64,000 nucleotides of DNA. It comes from Mobula hypostoma. Lineage: Eukaryota. Shown in pieces: positions 13,270 to 25,265 of the stretch. The position numbers were made by a program, and so were the translations under genes. The notes beneath the pieces were generated by a model. The model was not told the DNA's origin. It saw nothing but the letters and a program-made list of their open reading frames with translations, and made no database searches. Each line of letters begins with the position of its first letter. The stretch's first letter is position 1. The stretch covers positions 239,136,001 to 239,200,000 of the forward strand of contig NC_086097.1 in assembly GCF_963921235.1 (NCBI RefSeq). Reading direction: 5' to 3'.

Positions 13270-13865
13270 AAGACACTGCAAATGTAAAGTGTGCAAGCTC
13301 CTTAATAATGTTGATGAGCAAATGGATCCTGGGGACCAAGTTCACAACGCCCTGGAAGTTTTGATAGGGTGGTTGAGAAGGCATATGGTATGCGTGTCTT
13401 TATTAGTCGAGGGATTATGTTTACTGGTCAGGAAGTTATGTTGCAGCTTTATAAAACTACAGTTAGTCCACATCTGAAGTATTGCACATCGTTCTGGTCA
13501 CCCCACTATAGGAAGGATGTTGAGACTTTGGAGAGGGTGCAGACGAGGTTGTCCAGAATGTACCTGGATTAGAGGGCATGTGCTAACACGAGACGTGGAC
13601 AAACTTGGGTTATCTTCTTTGTGGCAGCAGAGGTTGAGGGGAGATCTGATAGAGGTTTATAAGTTTAAGAGAGGCATAGATAGAATAGACAGATAATATC
13701 TTTATCCATTTGTTGAAATGTCTAATACGAGACATGTATAGTACTTAAAGTGAGAGGGGTTAATTTCAAAACGATGTGAGGGAGAAGATTTTACACAGAG
13801 AGGGGTGCGCAGCCTGGGTAGTGGTAGAGGCAGAAACATTAGTGACTAATAAGAGATGTTAAGGT
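13270..13865 (+). mobile_element. Old CR1 C-terminal fragment
   Basis: Peptide LQLYKTTVSPHLKYCTSFWSPHYRKD. Confidence 0.8.
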
Positions 13866-14730
13866 AGATAATTCTTGTGAATCTCCTCTGCTTCCTTTCC
13901 AGTGCCAGCACACTCTTTCTTAGAAAAGGGGCCCAAAACAGCTCTCAATACTTCAAGTGAGTACTGACCAATGCCTCATAAAGCCTCAGCATTACATCAT
14001 TGAACTTGTATCCTAGTCCTTTCAATATAAATGCTAACATTGCATTTGCCTTCCTTAAAATCAACTCAACCTGAAAGTTAAACTTGAGAGAATCCTGCAT
14101 AATGACATCGAAGTCCCATTCCACCTCCAATTTCTGAAATTGCTCCCCATTTAAAAAATAATTCTTGCAAAATACATGACCATACACTTGTCTATGCCGT
14201 ATTTTATTTGTCACTTCTTTCCCCATTTTCCCAACCTATCCAAGTCCTTCTGTAGACTCCCTGCTTCTTCGACACTACCTGCTCCTCCACTTATTTTGGT
14301 TTCATCTGCAAATTTTTCCACAAAGCCACCAAATTATGTTATCCAAATCATTAACATATAACATAAAAAATTGCAGTCCCAACATCAAACCCTAAGGAAT
14401 ACAACTATCACTGACCTCCAACCAGAAAAGGCCTCCTTTATTTCCATTCTTTGCCTTCTGCCAGTCAGCCAATTGTCTATCAATGCTAGTGTCTTTCCTG
14501 TAATACCACGGGCTTTTATCTCATTAGCCAGCCTCAAGGGCAGCACCTTGGCAAAGGCCTTCTGAAAATCCAAGGTGGACTTTCCTTTGTCCATCCTGTC
14601 TGTTACTTCCTCAAAGAATTCCAACAAATTTGTCAGACAAGGCCTCCCATTAGGGAAATCATGCTGACTTCAGCCTATTTTATCGGGTAATTCCAAGTAC
14701 CCTGAAGCTTCATCCTTGATAATGGTCTCT
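13866..14730 (-). mobile_element. Old CR1 RT fragment
   Basis: Peptides LDFQKAFAKV and RLYEALVSTHLKY. Confidence 0.8.
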
Positions 14731-14892
14731 GGCAACTCAGTGGCACAGCACTTAACACAATGCTTTATAGTACCAGCAACCCAGTTCAACTCTGACTGTG
14801 AGATGCTTGTATTTTCTCCCTGTAATCACGTGGGTTTCCTCCGGGTGCTCTGGTTTCCTCCCACAATCTAAAGACCCACTGGTTGGTAGGTT

Positions 14893-14991
14893 AGCAACAC
14901 ACATCAAAGTTGCTGGTGAACGCAGCAGGCCAGGCAGCATCTATAGGAAGAGGCGCAGTCGACGTTTCAGGCCGAGACCCTTCGTCAGGAC
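14893..14991 (-). mobile_element. ~100-bp HHR-headed PLE-derived insertion
   Basis: 10-bp TSD TTGGTAGGTT (14883-14892 and 14992-15001); sequence nearly identical to 27534-27631. Confidence 0.88.
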
Positions 14992-14992
14992 T
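14956..14992 (-). ncRNA. Minimal type I hammerhead ribozyme motif
   Basis: AGTC-CTGACGA-AGGGTCTCGGCCT-GAAA-CG-TC-GACTG; all core nucleotides present. Confidence 0.75.
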
Positions 14993-16595
14993 TGGTAGGT
15001 TTATTGGTTGTTGTAAATTGGTTCCTGATTAGGTTAGGATTAAATCGGGGGTTTGCTGGGCGGCAGGACTCGAAGAGCCAGAACAATCTATTCCACATTC
15101 TATATCAATAATAATAAATATAATCTTACCAATGACTGCAGTCAGGCTAACTGGTCTATAATGCCAACAAAGAATACAGCAGCTCCTGTCCAGAAGGCTG
15201 AGAAATTGGCAACCGTTCCTAAATCAGAGTTGCAAAGAACCTTGATGCTGTAAGGTTCTTGTCATTAAAGAATGAATCTCTCTCACAAGAGCCCTTCCAA
15301 ACTTTCTAGGAAAAGGATTATGATTAATATCCTTTTGCTGTTGTTTTGCCCAACTCGGTCGATTTTTAATCAGAGCTATGACTCTCTGACCTGGGCTTGC
15401 TCATTTTTCATGTTTTCCACTCAAATACCTGTGACGCTGCAACAAACACTAATTACAGCTTGGGACAGCATTGTTGCTGCAATAGTAACCCCTTCATTGC
15501 TGGATCAACACAACAGTTTTGGGGGTGCTTATAAAATTAGTATTAGAATTCAGCGCCATGTTTTCAGATCTGCACCATACTGTCACTTAAAGTAAATGGC
15601 AGATCCTAGATGAATGAAGCTTGGGATGGTTGAAAGATAAACCCAGAGAGTAATAGAGCACAAAAGCAGGCTCTTTGGCCCATCTAGTCCATGCTGAATT
15701 ATATTCTATCTAGTACCATTGAACAACACCTGGACCATAGCCGTCCATACACTTCAACTCCATGTACTTAGCCAAACTTCTCTTAAATGTTAAAATTGAA
15801 CCCTGTTTCCTCCACTTCCACTGGCAGCTTATTCCACACTCTCACCACCCTCTGAGTGAAGATGTTCCCCCTTATTTTCTCTTTAACATTTCACCTTCCA
15901 CTCTTAACCATCACCTCACAGTGGAATATAGATGAGTTGCAGATACGGGCGTAGGAATGCCTGATCGAGTTTAAACCAGCCAGATGAGAAGAGCTGCACC
16001 TTGGTAGGTCAAATGCAAAGGGTCTTGCCCTAAAGTACACCATTAAGGGCAAGACCCTTAACAGAGTTGATGATCACGAGGACCTTGGGGTCCAAGTTCT
16101 CTGAAAGTATCTACACAGGTTGATAGGGTGGCTAAGAAGGCATAGGCATGCTTGTCTTTATTAGTCAGGTCACTGAGTTCAAAATTCAGCAAGCTATGTT
16201 GCAGCCTTATGAAAATGGAGTGCAAAAATTTCTGTTTTGCACTACTTATTTAATTTAACTATTTAATGTCTGTTTATAGTCTAATTAGGTGACATCCAGT
16301 CATTGACACATACAATCCATTTCACTATATGTTCCATGTATGTGTGACAAATAAAGCTAATCTTAAATCTTCCTCAATCTACAATGTTCAATGATGAGTG
16401 TTAAGTCAGAAGATTAAGAAAATGTCAGAAACCAGTGAAGGAAAGGATAGAAGGGATGCCAAGAATGGTCATAGCTGGAGAAAGTAGATCTAGAGGACAG
16501 AAACAAAGAGTAGAAAATCAGCCAGTGCTTCTACCATGAGGTAAAAAGGAAAATATTAGCAAACCTAATCTTTGGTTCCTTAGACAATGGCATTA

Positions 16596-17233
16596 CACTG
16601 AAAAACAAAACTTTTGCTTCCTGAATACTTTTGGATGAATTTTATGGATTCTGGGCTGCTGATCATGAAAATCACTACAAAATTCCCCTATCAAGCACCA
16701 TTTTTTTGATATTGCCTATATATTTTATTTCAATTCATAATTCAAGTCAGTTAAAATGTTGCCCACAATGTAAGCAGAAAAGTTTTCCACCTTGTCCAGG
16801 CATATCCAGGCGTGCTTAAGCAGGATGGATTCCCTAGAAAATTTCTACACTGTGAATCATGGCACTGTCAGTGATGAGCATGGTGAAAGATTTCACCAGG
16901 ACATTGTGATCAAGGAGAAACAGAATCAGGGCAACTGGAATCCATCAATACTGGCTGATAATTGTTGGACACTTAAGCGAGAAGTCTCGGGCACTGAGTA
17001 CAAATGAAAATCATCAACGCAACATTTTTAGCTTCATTGAACTATTGCAAAGTGTTAGCACCATTATGCAATTAAGCATACAATATTCAATAAAAGTTAA
17101 TTTCTTGTTTCTACAAATTCATACATGATACAAGTAATCTGAAATTATATTTGTGTTCAGCTTCAAGCAGTCTATCATAATCAAAATAAATTTCTCAGGA
17201 AGAAACACTTTCGAAAAAATATGTTGCCTAGTA
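16596..17233 (+). mobile_element. Internally deleted Chapaev3-like (CMC) DNA transposon
   Basis: Transposase C-terminal peptide NHGTVSDEHGERFHQDI...QGNWNPSILADNCWTL; imperfect TIRs (CACTG.../...CTAGTA); 3-bp TSD TTA. The family assignment comes from my recall of the motif. Confidence 0.75.
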
Positions 17234-17239
17234 TTATTG

Positions 17240-18640
17240 ATGGAAGTAAAGCAATTCTGGAGACTTTGAACAAATATTTTATATCCTTCTTCATGGTAGA
17301 AGATAATAAAAGCATTTCAATGATAGTAAAAATTCAGAAGCTTAACACTATCAAGACCCTTGGACAAAATGGCCTGAGCCTAGTATCTTAAAGGAAGTGA
17401 ATGCAGCTACAGCTGGTGCATTGGCTGAGATCTTCCAGAATTCCCTAAAGATTCCTATAGAATGGGAAGCAACAAATGTAACATCTCTTTTCAATAAACA
17501 AGGCAGACAGAAGGCAGACAGAAAGCAGGAAACTAGGCCAATTAGTCTGACATCTGTCAATCTGAAAATGCTGGAACTCATTATGAAGGAAATAGTGCCA
17601 GATATTCAGAAATTTATTTTAAAATCAAGTCATGTTAATATCATTTTATGAGAGAAATTTTGTTTGAAAAAATGTTCTTCTCCTTTAAAGTTTAATGGGT
17701 AGGGTGTATAAAGGAAAAAAAATAGGTGTCGTGCAACTGGATTTCAGAAGACACTCAGTAAGGTGCCAGATGAAAGGTAATATACAAAGTGCAAGCCTGT
17801 GGTTTTGATGGTAACTTGGAAGCACAGGAGAAGGACTAACCAAAAAAAGTGTGCCTGGATAAATAGATCATTTTCAGGTTGGCAATCTGTATCTAGAGGG
17901 TGCCATAGGGATCTCTGCTGGGACCTAATTATTTACAATCTCTTTTTATGGCAGATGAAAGAACAGCGCTTATTTGATGACCATCAAAGGGAAACATTTC
18001 TGTTTTGCACAACTTATTTAATTTAACTATTTTAAAATATATATATATAATTTACTGTAATTTACAGTTTTTTCTATTACTATGTATTACAATGCACTGC
18101 TGCCACAAAGCTAACAGATTTCACAACATATGCGGGTGATATTAATCCTGATTCTGATGCCTAGTTAGGTAATTCAAAAAAACGTGGGGAGCTAGCAAGC
18201 AGCTTACAAAAGTATGTAGACAGGTAAAACAAAGAGGTGGTAAAAATTTTAGCCTGTGGAGTATAATGTGAAAAATATCAGTTTTCTACTTTGGTTGGGA
18301 GAAAAGCAGTATTTTGTTTAAGTAGTGAGAGATCGCAGAATATGATTGTACCAAGGTATGAGGGTAATCCACCAAAATAAAATGCAGAGTTGACAACAGA
18401 TGCAAAAGATAATTAGGAAGGCAAATAGAATGTTGATCTTTGTTGCAAAGGGGATGGAGAATAAATTTCAATAATTGGTTCTACAGTTGGGATAACTGCA
18501 TGTGGGGTAATGTTTTTGTCTCCTTATTTAAGAAGGGATCCGCTGGCAGTTCAAAGTTCACTGGAGTGATTTCTGGGAAGAAATAATTATATTAAGGAAG
18601 GCTGCACAGATTCCACATATACTGACTTAGGCTGATGAGG
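17240..18640 (+). mobile_element. Very old CR1 remnant containing a Rex-type 3'UTR insertion (~17990-18160)
   Basis: Peptide EIFQNSLKIPIEWEATNVTSLF...RPISLTSV. Confidence 0.65.
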
Positions 18641-21099
18641 TTTGATTGATACAGCAGAGTACAAGTCTTCAGCCCACGATGTTGTGCCAACCTTTTAACC
18701 TACCTTGAGATCAATCTAACCCTTTCCTCCTATATAGGCACCATTTTCCTATCATCTATGTGCCTCTCTAAGAATTTCTAAACTGTCCTCAATGTATCTA
18801 CCTCTACCAACACCCCTGGCAGTGTATTCCACACACCCACCATTCTCTGTGTAAATATCTTCCCTCTGACAGACAAGATCCTGACACAACTAGGCATTAT
18901 GCCCAGTTCTGGGTGCTACACTGTAGGAAAGATGTGGAGGCTTTAATGAGTGTGCAGACGAGATTTCTTTAAACGGGGTCCTGGATAAGACAGGAGAGGT
19001 TGTGGCTCTTTGGAGCAAGTAGAGATAGTTAAATAAATTAAAACGAAAGGAGTTGAGAAATCAGAGAGGAATTAGGATCTGCTAACTTGAACCCAAATGG
19101 CTAACAAGCTTCTTTCACTGTTGTCAATATTCTGTGATGATGCTGAAAAAGAAATAAGAAAGATCAAAAGCACAAGTATTTCTGCAGATGCAGGAAATCC
19201 AGACTAACATGTACAAGATGCTGGAGGAACTCAGCAGGTTCAGCAGAATTTATGGTGGGGAATTTGGATGCAACACTGCTGCTCAATGGCTCCACCATTC
19301 TCCCTGGAGACAGGATTGCTCAGTGTTTTAAAGGCAGAGGTATGGAGTATTCTTTATGATTAATTTATTGTGGTATATACATGTCATAGTTCTGTCTCAG
19401 TCCTGCTCACCCAACTTAGAACCTCTAGCGGTCAAATGTCATCCATTTTTCCTGCTGAAGGAGTTGTATGCCATCATCCTTTTAGACCATAAGACATAGG
19501 AGTAGAATTAGGCTATTTGGACCATTAAGTCTGCTCCACTACTTCATCGTGGCTGATCCATTTTTCCTTTCCACCCCTATCTCTTGCCTTCTCCCGGTAT
19601 TCCTTCATGCCCTACCAAATCAAGAATCTATCAACCTCTGCTTTAAGTACACCCAATGACTTGGCCTCCACAGTTGCCCGTGGGAACTAATTCCACAGAT
19701 TCACCACTCTCTGGTGAAAGTATTTCTTCCTGGTGGCAGTATACATTCACCTCAGGCCAACATCAGGCAGGTTCTGGTGGAGATGAGCAACAAAACCAGT
19801 AGGCATGAAACTGCCCTCCCTGATGCCTTCTCTAGCATTGAGGGAGATTTCAATTTGGCCAGCTTGAAGAAGTCTCTGATCCACCAACATATCACCTGTG
19901 GAAAGAGGAGTCAACACACTTGACCACTGCTATACCACAATGAAGAACGCTGACTGTGCCATCCCACACGCACACTTTGGAATGTCCAATCACCCAGCCA
20001 TACTTCTACTCCCAGCACATAGGCAGAGTCTAAAGACCACAGTACTAATGGTAAGGACCAAGAAGGTATGGTCAAATGAGACACAAGACTACTGACAAAT
20101 CTGCTTTGAGTCGGTGAACTGGACAATATTCAAGGATTCATCTTCAAGTCTGAGTGAATACACACACTTGTCACCAACTTCCTCAAGACTTGTGTGGATC
20201 AGTGTGTGGCTTCAAGAACATACCAGACATACTCAAACTAAATCCAGTGGATGTACCAGGAGTGGATGCTGAGGACTAGATATATGGCATTCAAGACTGG
20301 TGATCCAGAATTATACAAGAAATCCAGGTACAACAAATGAAAGGAGATTTTAAGGGTGAAAAAAACAATTCTGATTGAAGTTAGAGATGGAATCGGATGC
20401 ACATTAACTCTGACAGGGTTTGCAGGCCATTACTTCCTACAAAGTGAAACCCTATATCATGAATGGCTGTGATTCTTCGCTCCCAGATGAGCTCAATTCC
20501 TTCTATGCATACTTTAAAAGGGAGAATAAAACTACACTTATGAAAATCCCTGCAGCATCTGGTGACACTGTCATATCCATCTTGGAGGCTGACAACAGAG
20601 CATCTTTCAAAAGATGTGAATCCTCGCAATTGGGCCCTGATGGCAGCTGGTATGTCTCTAAGAATTTGTGCCAACCAAATGGTGGAAGTATTCAAGACAT
20701 CTGCTGTAGTCAGTAGTTCCCATCTGCTTCAAAAGGTCAACAATCATACCAGTGCCCAGGAAGAGCAGCGTGAGCTTTGAGACATTGATCATGGCTAGAG
20801 TCAACCTCTACCTAAGCAAGGACCTGGATCTACTGCAATTTTCCTATCACCACAATAGGTCCACAGTGGATGCAATCTCACGGGTTTTCCACTCAGCCTA
20901 GGATTACCTGGACAATAGTAATACCTATGTCAGACTGCTGTTTATTGATTACAGCTCAGCATTCAGAACAATCATATTCTCAGTTCTAATATACAAGCTC
21001 CAAAACCTGAGCCTCCCTCTGCAACTTCCTTACTGGGAGACCATAGTCTGTGCAGATTGAAAATAATGTCTCCTTGTTGACACAGGCAGACTACAAGCT

Positions 21100-23750
21100 T
21101 TTAGAAACATAGAAACCACAATGTTGTGCCAATCATGTCCTTACTTTAGAAATTACCTAGGGTTACACATAGCCCACTGTTTTTCTAAACTCCATGTACC
21201 TATCCAGGAATCTCTTAAAATACCCTATCATATCTGCCTCCACCACCATTGCAGACAGCCCATTCAATGCACTCACCAACCTCTGCATAAAAAACTTATC
21301 CCTGACATCTCCTCTGTACTACATCCAAGCACCTTAAAAATGTGCCCTCTTGTGTTAGCCATTTCAGCCCTGGGAAAAAGCCTCTGACTATCCACATGAT
21401 CAATGAGTCTCATCATGTTATACACCTCTATCAGGGCACCTCTCATCCTCCGTTGTTCCAAGGAGAAAAGGCCAAGTTCACTCTACCTATTCTCATAGGG
21501 CATGCTCCCAAATCGAGGCAACATCCTTGTAAATCTTCTCTGCACGCTTTCCGTCGTTTCCACATCCTTCTTGTAGTGAGGTGACCAGAACTGAGCACAG
21601 TACTCCAAGTGGGGTCTGACCAGGGTCATATAAAGCTTGTCACATTACCTCTCAGCTCTTAAACTCAATCTCATGGTTGAGGAAGGTCAATGCACAGTAT
21701 GTCTTCTCAACCACACAGTCAATCTGCACAGCAGCTTTGAGTGTCCTATGGACTCGGACCCCAAGATCCCTCTGATCCTCCACACTGCCAAAAGTCTTGC
21801 CATTAATGCTATATTCTGCCACCATATTTGACCTACCAAAATGAATCACCTCATACTTACCTGGGTTGAACTCCATCTGCCATTTCTCAGCCCAGTTTTG
21901 CATCCTATCGATGTCCCACTGTAACCTCTGACAGCTCTTCACATTATCCACAACACCCCCAACATTTTTGTCATCAGCAAATTTACTAACCCATCCTCAT
22001 CCAGGTCATTTATAAAAATCACGAAGAGAAGGGTTCCCAGAACAGACCCCTGAGGCACACCACTGGTCACTGACCTCTATGCAGAATATGACCCATCTAC
22101 AACCACTCTTTACCTTCTATGGGCAAGCCAATTTTGGATCTACAAAGCAGATTTTCCTTATTTTCTCAATAAGCCTTGCATGGGATACCTTATCAAAAGC
22201 CTTGCTTGAAATCCATATACACTACATCTCCTGCTCTACTTTCATCAATGTGTTTAGTCACATCCTCAAAAAAAGTTCAATCAGGCTCGAAAGGCACGAC
22301 CTGCCTTTGACAAAGCCATGCTGACTATTCCTAATCAAATTATACCTCTCCAAATGTTCATAAATCCTGCCTCTCAGGATCTTCTCCATCAATTTGCCAA
22401 CCACTGAAGTAAGACTCACTGGTCTATAATTTCCTGGGCTATCTGTAATTCCTTTCTTGAATAAGGGAACAAGAACAACATCTGCAACTTTCCAATCCTC
22501 CAGAACCTCTTCCATACCCATTGATGATGCAAAGATCATTGCCAGAGAATCAGCAATTTGATTTCCTCCCTCACTGCCCATAGTAGCCTAGGTTATATCT
22601 CGTCTGGTCCCAGTGACTTATGCAACTTGATGCTTTCTAAAAGCTCCAGAACATCCTCTTTTTTATGTGTTACGTACACGCAACAGTTTAAAAGAACCGG
22701 TAGCAATAGAATACACCTGGAGCCTGGTTTTGATGTTAAAACCACTATTTATTAGTAACTATTTAATATAGTGACTTAAACCAGGTAAATCAAAAGTTAG
22801 CTGTGTTATGTATATGTATGTGGGTGAATACTCGTTCAAGCTCAGGTGGCGAGGTTTAACGTCTTACAATGGTAATGTAAGAAAGTTCAGTTCAATGCTC
22901 GGAGTTGGTGGGGGAGAGAGAGGTATTTGTAAGCCGAGGTAAAATCCATAATAGGAGAAGAATGAATAAACAGGTGCCATTGGCCTTCTGTCGTCGGACT
23001 TTGAATCCACTCTCGAGTTAACCAAACGTAGCTTATCAAAAAGGGTATCATCCTCGAGGGAAATCTACCACCTAGGCATGGGTAAACACACTGGTAGCCT
23101 CCACAGGGTTAGCCCTTCTACACACCGTGATGCCACTGATCGATTTTCCTCAACCCACCCTTGTGGGCACTCGAAAGTTCCACCCAGTGACTCTTTTGTC
23201 ACTAGCTTCTTTTCATTGACTGGCCGTGCTAACCGGTGTTCCACTCTGTGTCACTGCGAGAGAGTCATCTGACCTTGCTTAAATATACACACTGCAAAGC
23301 ATCTGTAAGCATCAACTGTCCATCATATAACTCCACCTCTCTTTTCACCATAGCAACCCAGAAGCAGGCAGTCAGATTCTCTCTCTCTCTCTCTCTTTTA
23401 AAGGCACCGTCCATGTCCGTCACAATGTCTCTATGCTCAAGCTTTTCAGTCCGCTGTAAGTCATCCCCACAATCTCCAAAGTCCTTTTCCGTAGTGAATA
23501 CTGAAGCAGAGTATTCATTAAGTACCTCCACTATCTCCACCTGTTCCATATACATGTTTTCAGTGTCACACTTGATTGGTCCTATTCTCTCACATTTTAT
23601 GCTCTTGCTTTTCACATACTTGTAGAATGCCTTGGGGTTTTCCTTAATCCTGTTCGCCAAGGCCTTCTCACAGCCCCTTCTGGCTCTTCTAATTTCATTC
23701 TTAAGCTCCTTCCTTCTAGCCTTATAATTTTCTAAATCTCTATCATTACC
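21100..23750 (-). mobile_element. CR1 (same subfamily as 3378-5170), interrupted by a solo LTR
   Basis: Minus-strand ORFs 21652-21951, 22258-22581 and 23265-23660; tail AGAAACATAGAAA at ~21102. Confidence 0.88.
22668..23424 (-). mobile_element. Solo LTR related to 26185-27055
   Basis: TGTTACG...CGTCACA termini; ATG(T) duplication (ambiguous); shares blocks such as GTTAAAACCACTA and AAAGTTCAGTTCA with the other LTR; CR1 is continuous across it. Confidence 0.82.
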
Positions 23751-24479
23751 TTATGTCATTAAGTTTTGTGCTTAGCCCACTGCTCTACTCATTTTACACC
23801 CACAATTCTATGGCTAGGCGCAGCTGAAACACCATCTATATAAATTTCCCAATGACATAACTTGCACTCAACATCAATAAAACTAAAGAATTGATTGTGG
23901 ACTTCAGGAAGAGGAAATCAAGGGAACGCATACCCGTCCTCATTGAGGGAACAGAGGTGAAAAGGATGAGCAGTTTCAAGTTCTTGGTTGTCAATAACTC
24001 TGAGGCTTTAACCTAGGCCCAATATATTGATGCAATTACAAAGAAGACATAAGAATGGTTATATTTCATTAGGAGATTGGGGAAACTTGGTATATCACCA
24101 AAGATACTTGCAAACTGCTATAGATATACCATAGACAGCGTCCTAACTGGTTGCGTCGCTGTTTAGTAGGGAGGGCCTCCTGCAAAAGATCAGGAAAAGC
24201 TGCAGAAAGTTGTAAACTCAACCAGTTTCGTTGTGGACACTAGCCTCCCCAGCATTCAGGACACTTTCAAAAGGTGATGCCTCATAAAATGTGGCATCCA
24301 TCATTAAGGACATGCATTACAGTGCTCATGCCTTCTTCTCATTGCTACTGTCTCGGAGGAGATACAGGATCCTGAAGCAACACACCCAGTGTTTCAGGAA
24401 CAGCTTCTTCCTCTCAGCCATTAGATTTCTGAATGGACAATGAACCCTTTGAATACCAGCTTAGCATTCCGCCCCCGCC

Positions 24480-25048
24480 GGTTTCACTGCTAACATAATG
24501 GTCTTTCTGTAGAAGCAGTGCTAAAGTAATGGTTTTTCTATAGCAGCAATGTTTGGGCTATGGCTGGAGATAACGGGGGCTTTGGAATGTGTGCCCTCCA
24601 ATGAAGGAAGTCTTTTTTTCCTGTTTTGTGCCTGAGAATGAGATGATCTGGGTCTTTTGTTCAGCGAGAGATGATCAGAGAAGATGTGAGTAGGGTGAGG
24701 TCGTAGACACCAGAAAGGAGTGGACTTGGAGTGGGGCCAGGAGTCATTGAAGCCCGGGAAATCAATGGAGGACCAGCAGAACCGAAACTGGGAGTTCCAA
24801 CTTGTGCACGTTAGACTGTTTCATTAAAATGGGCCCTTTTCTTTTTGTTTATCTTTAATAACCCGGTAGTCAAATTAAGAATTATAAAGCTAAACTGTTT
24901 AATTGCATATGGTGTACTGTCTGTTATTTTCTGGTACTGATTTGCATCCACACAAACATGGAGGTTTTGCACTTTGAATTCTACACGTTTGGAGGGGCCA
25001 GAGATTGCCTTCCCTAGACTTACACTGCCAACCAAACCTGAGGGTTAT
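24480..25048 (+). mobile_element. Possible decayed LTR-like repeat
   Basis: Non-coding block inserted into the Rex1 3'UTR and ending GGGTTATA; no clear TSD. Confidence 0.35.
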
Positions 25049-25265
25049 ATATATTTACGCAGTTTGTGAACTCTATAGAATTGTTTTCATTTCTGCATAA
25101 ATATGACCTAAAATGTGATCAGCTCTTCACGTAAGTCCCAAAACTAGACATAGAGAACACAATTAAATAATTAACACAGAAAACGTTATGCTTGTTCATT
25201 TATTTATTGAGAAAATGGTCCAATAATACATGCATTTGTTGGAAAAAGTATGTCAAACTTTGCTT

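Larger units (their letters stand above)
14731..15120 (+). mobile_element. tRNA-derived V-SINE (HE1-like), interrupted by a 99-bp HHR unit
   Basis: Central core GTGGGTTTCCTCCGGGTGCTCTGGTTTCCTCCCACA; decayed A/B boxes; A-rich tail. Confidence 0.75.
19400..24460 (+). mobile_element. Rex1/Babar LINE (APE-RT-C-terminus), interrupted by CR1 insertions
   Basis: APE peptides (GDFNLASL, TLDHCYT, HFGMSNH); RT resumes at ~23765; tail apparently displaced to ~27935-27972. Confidence 0.8.
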
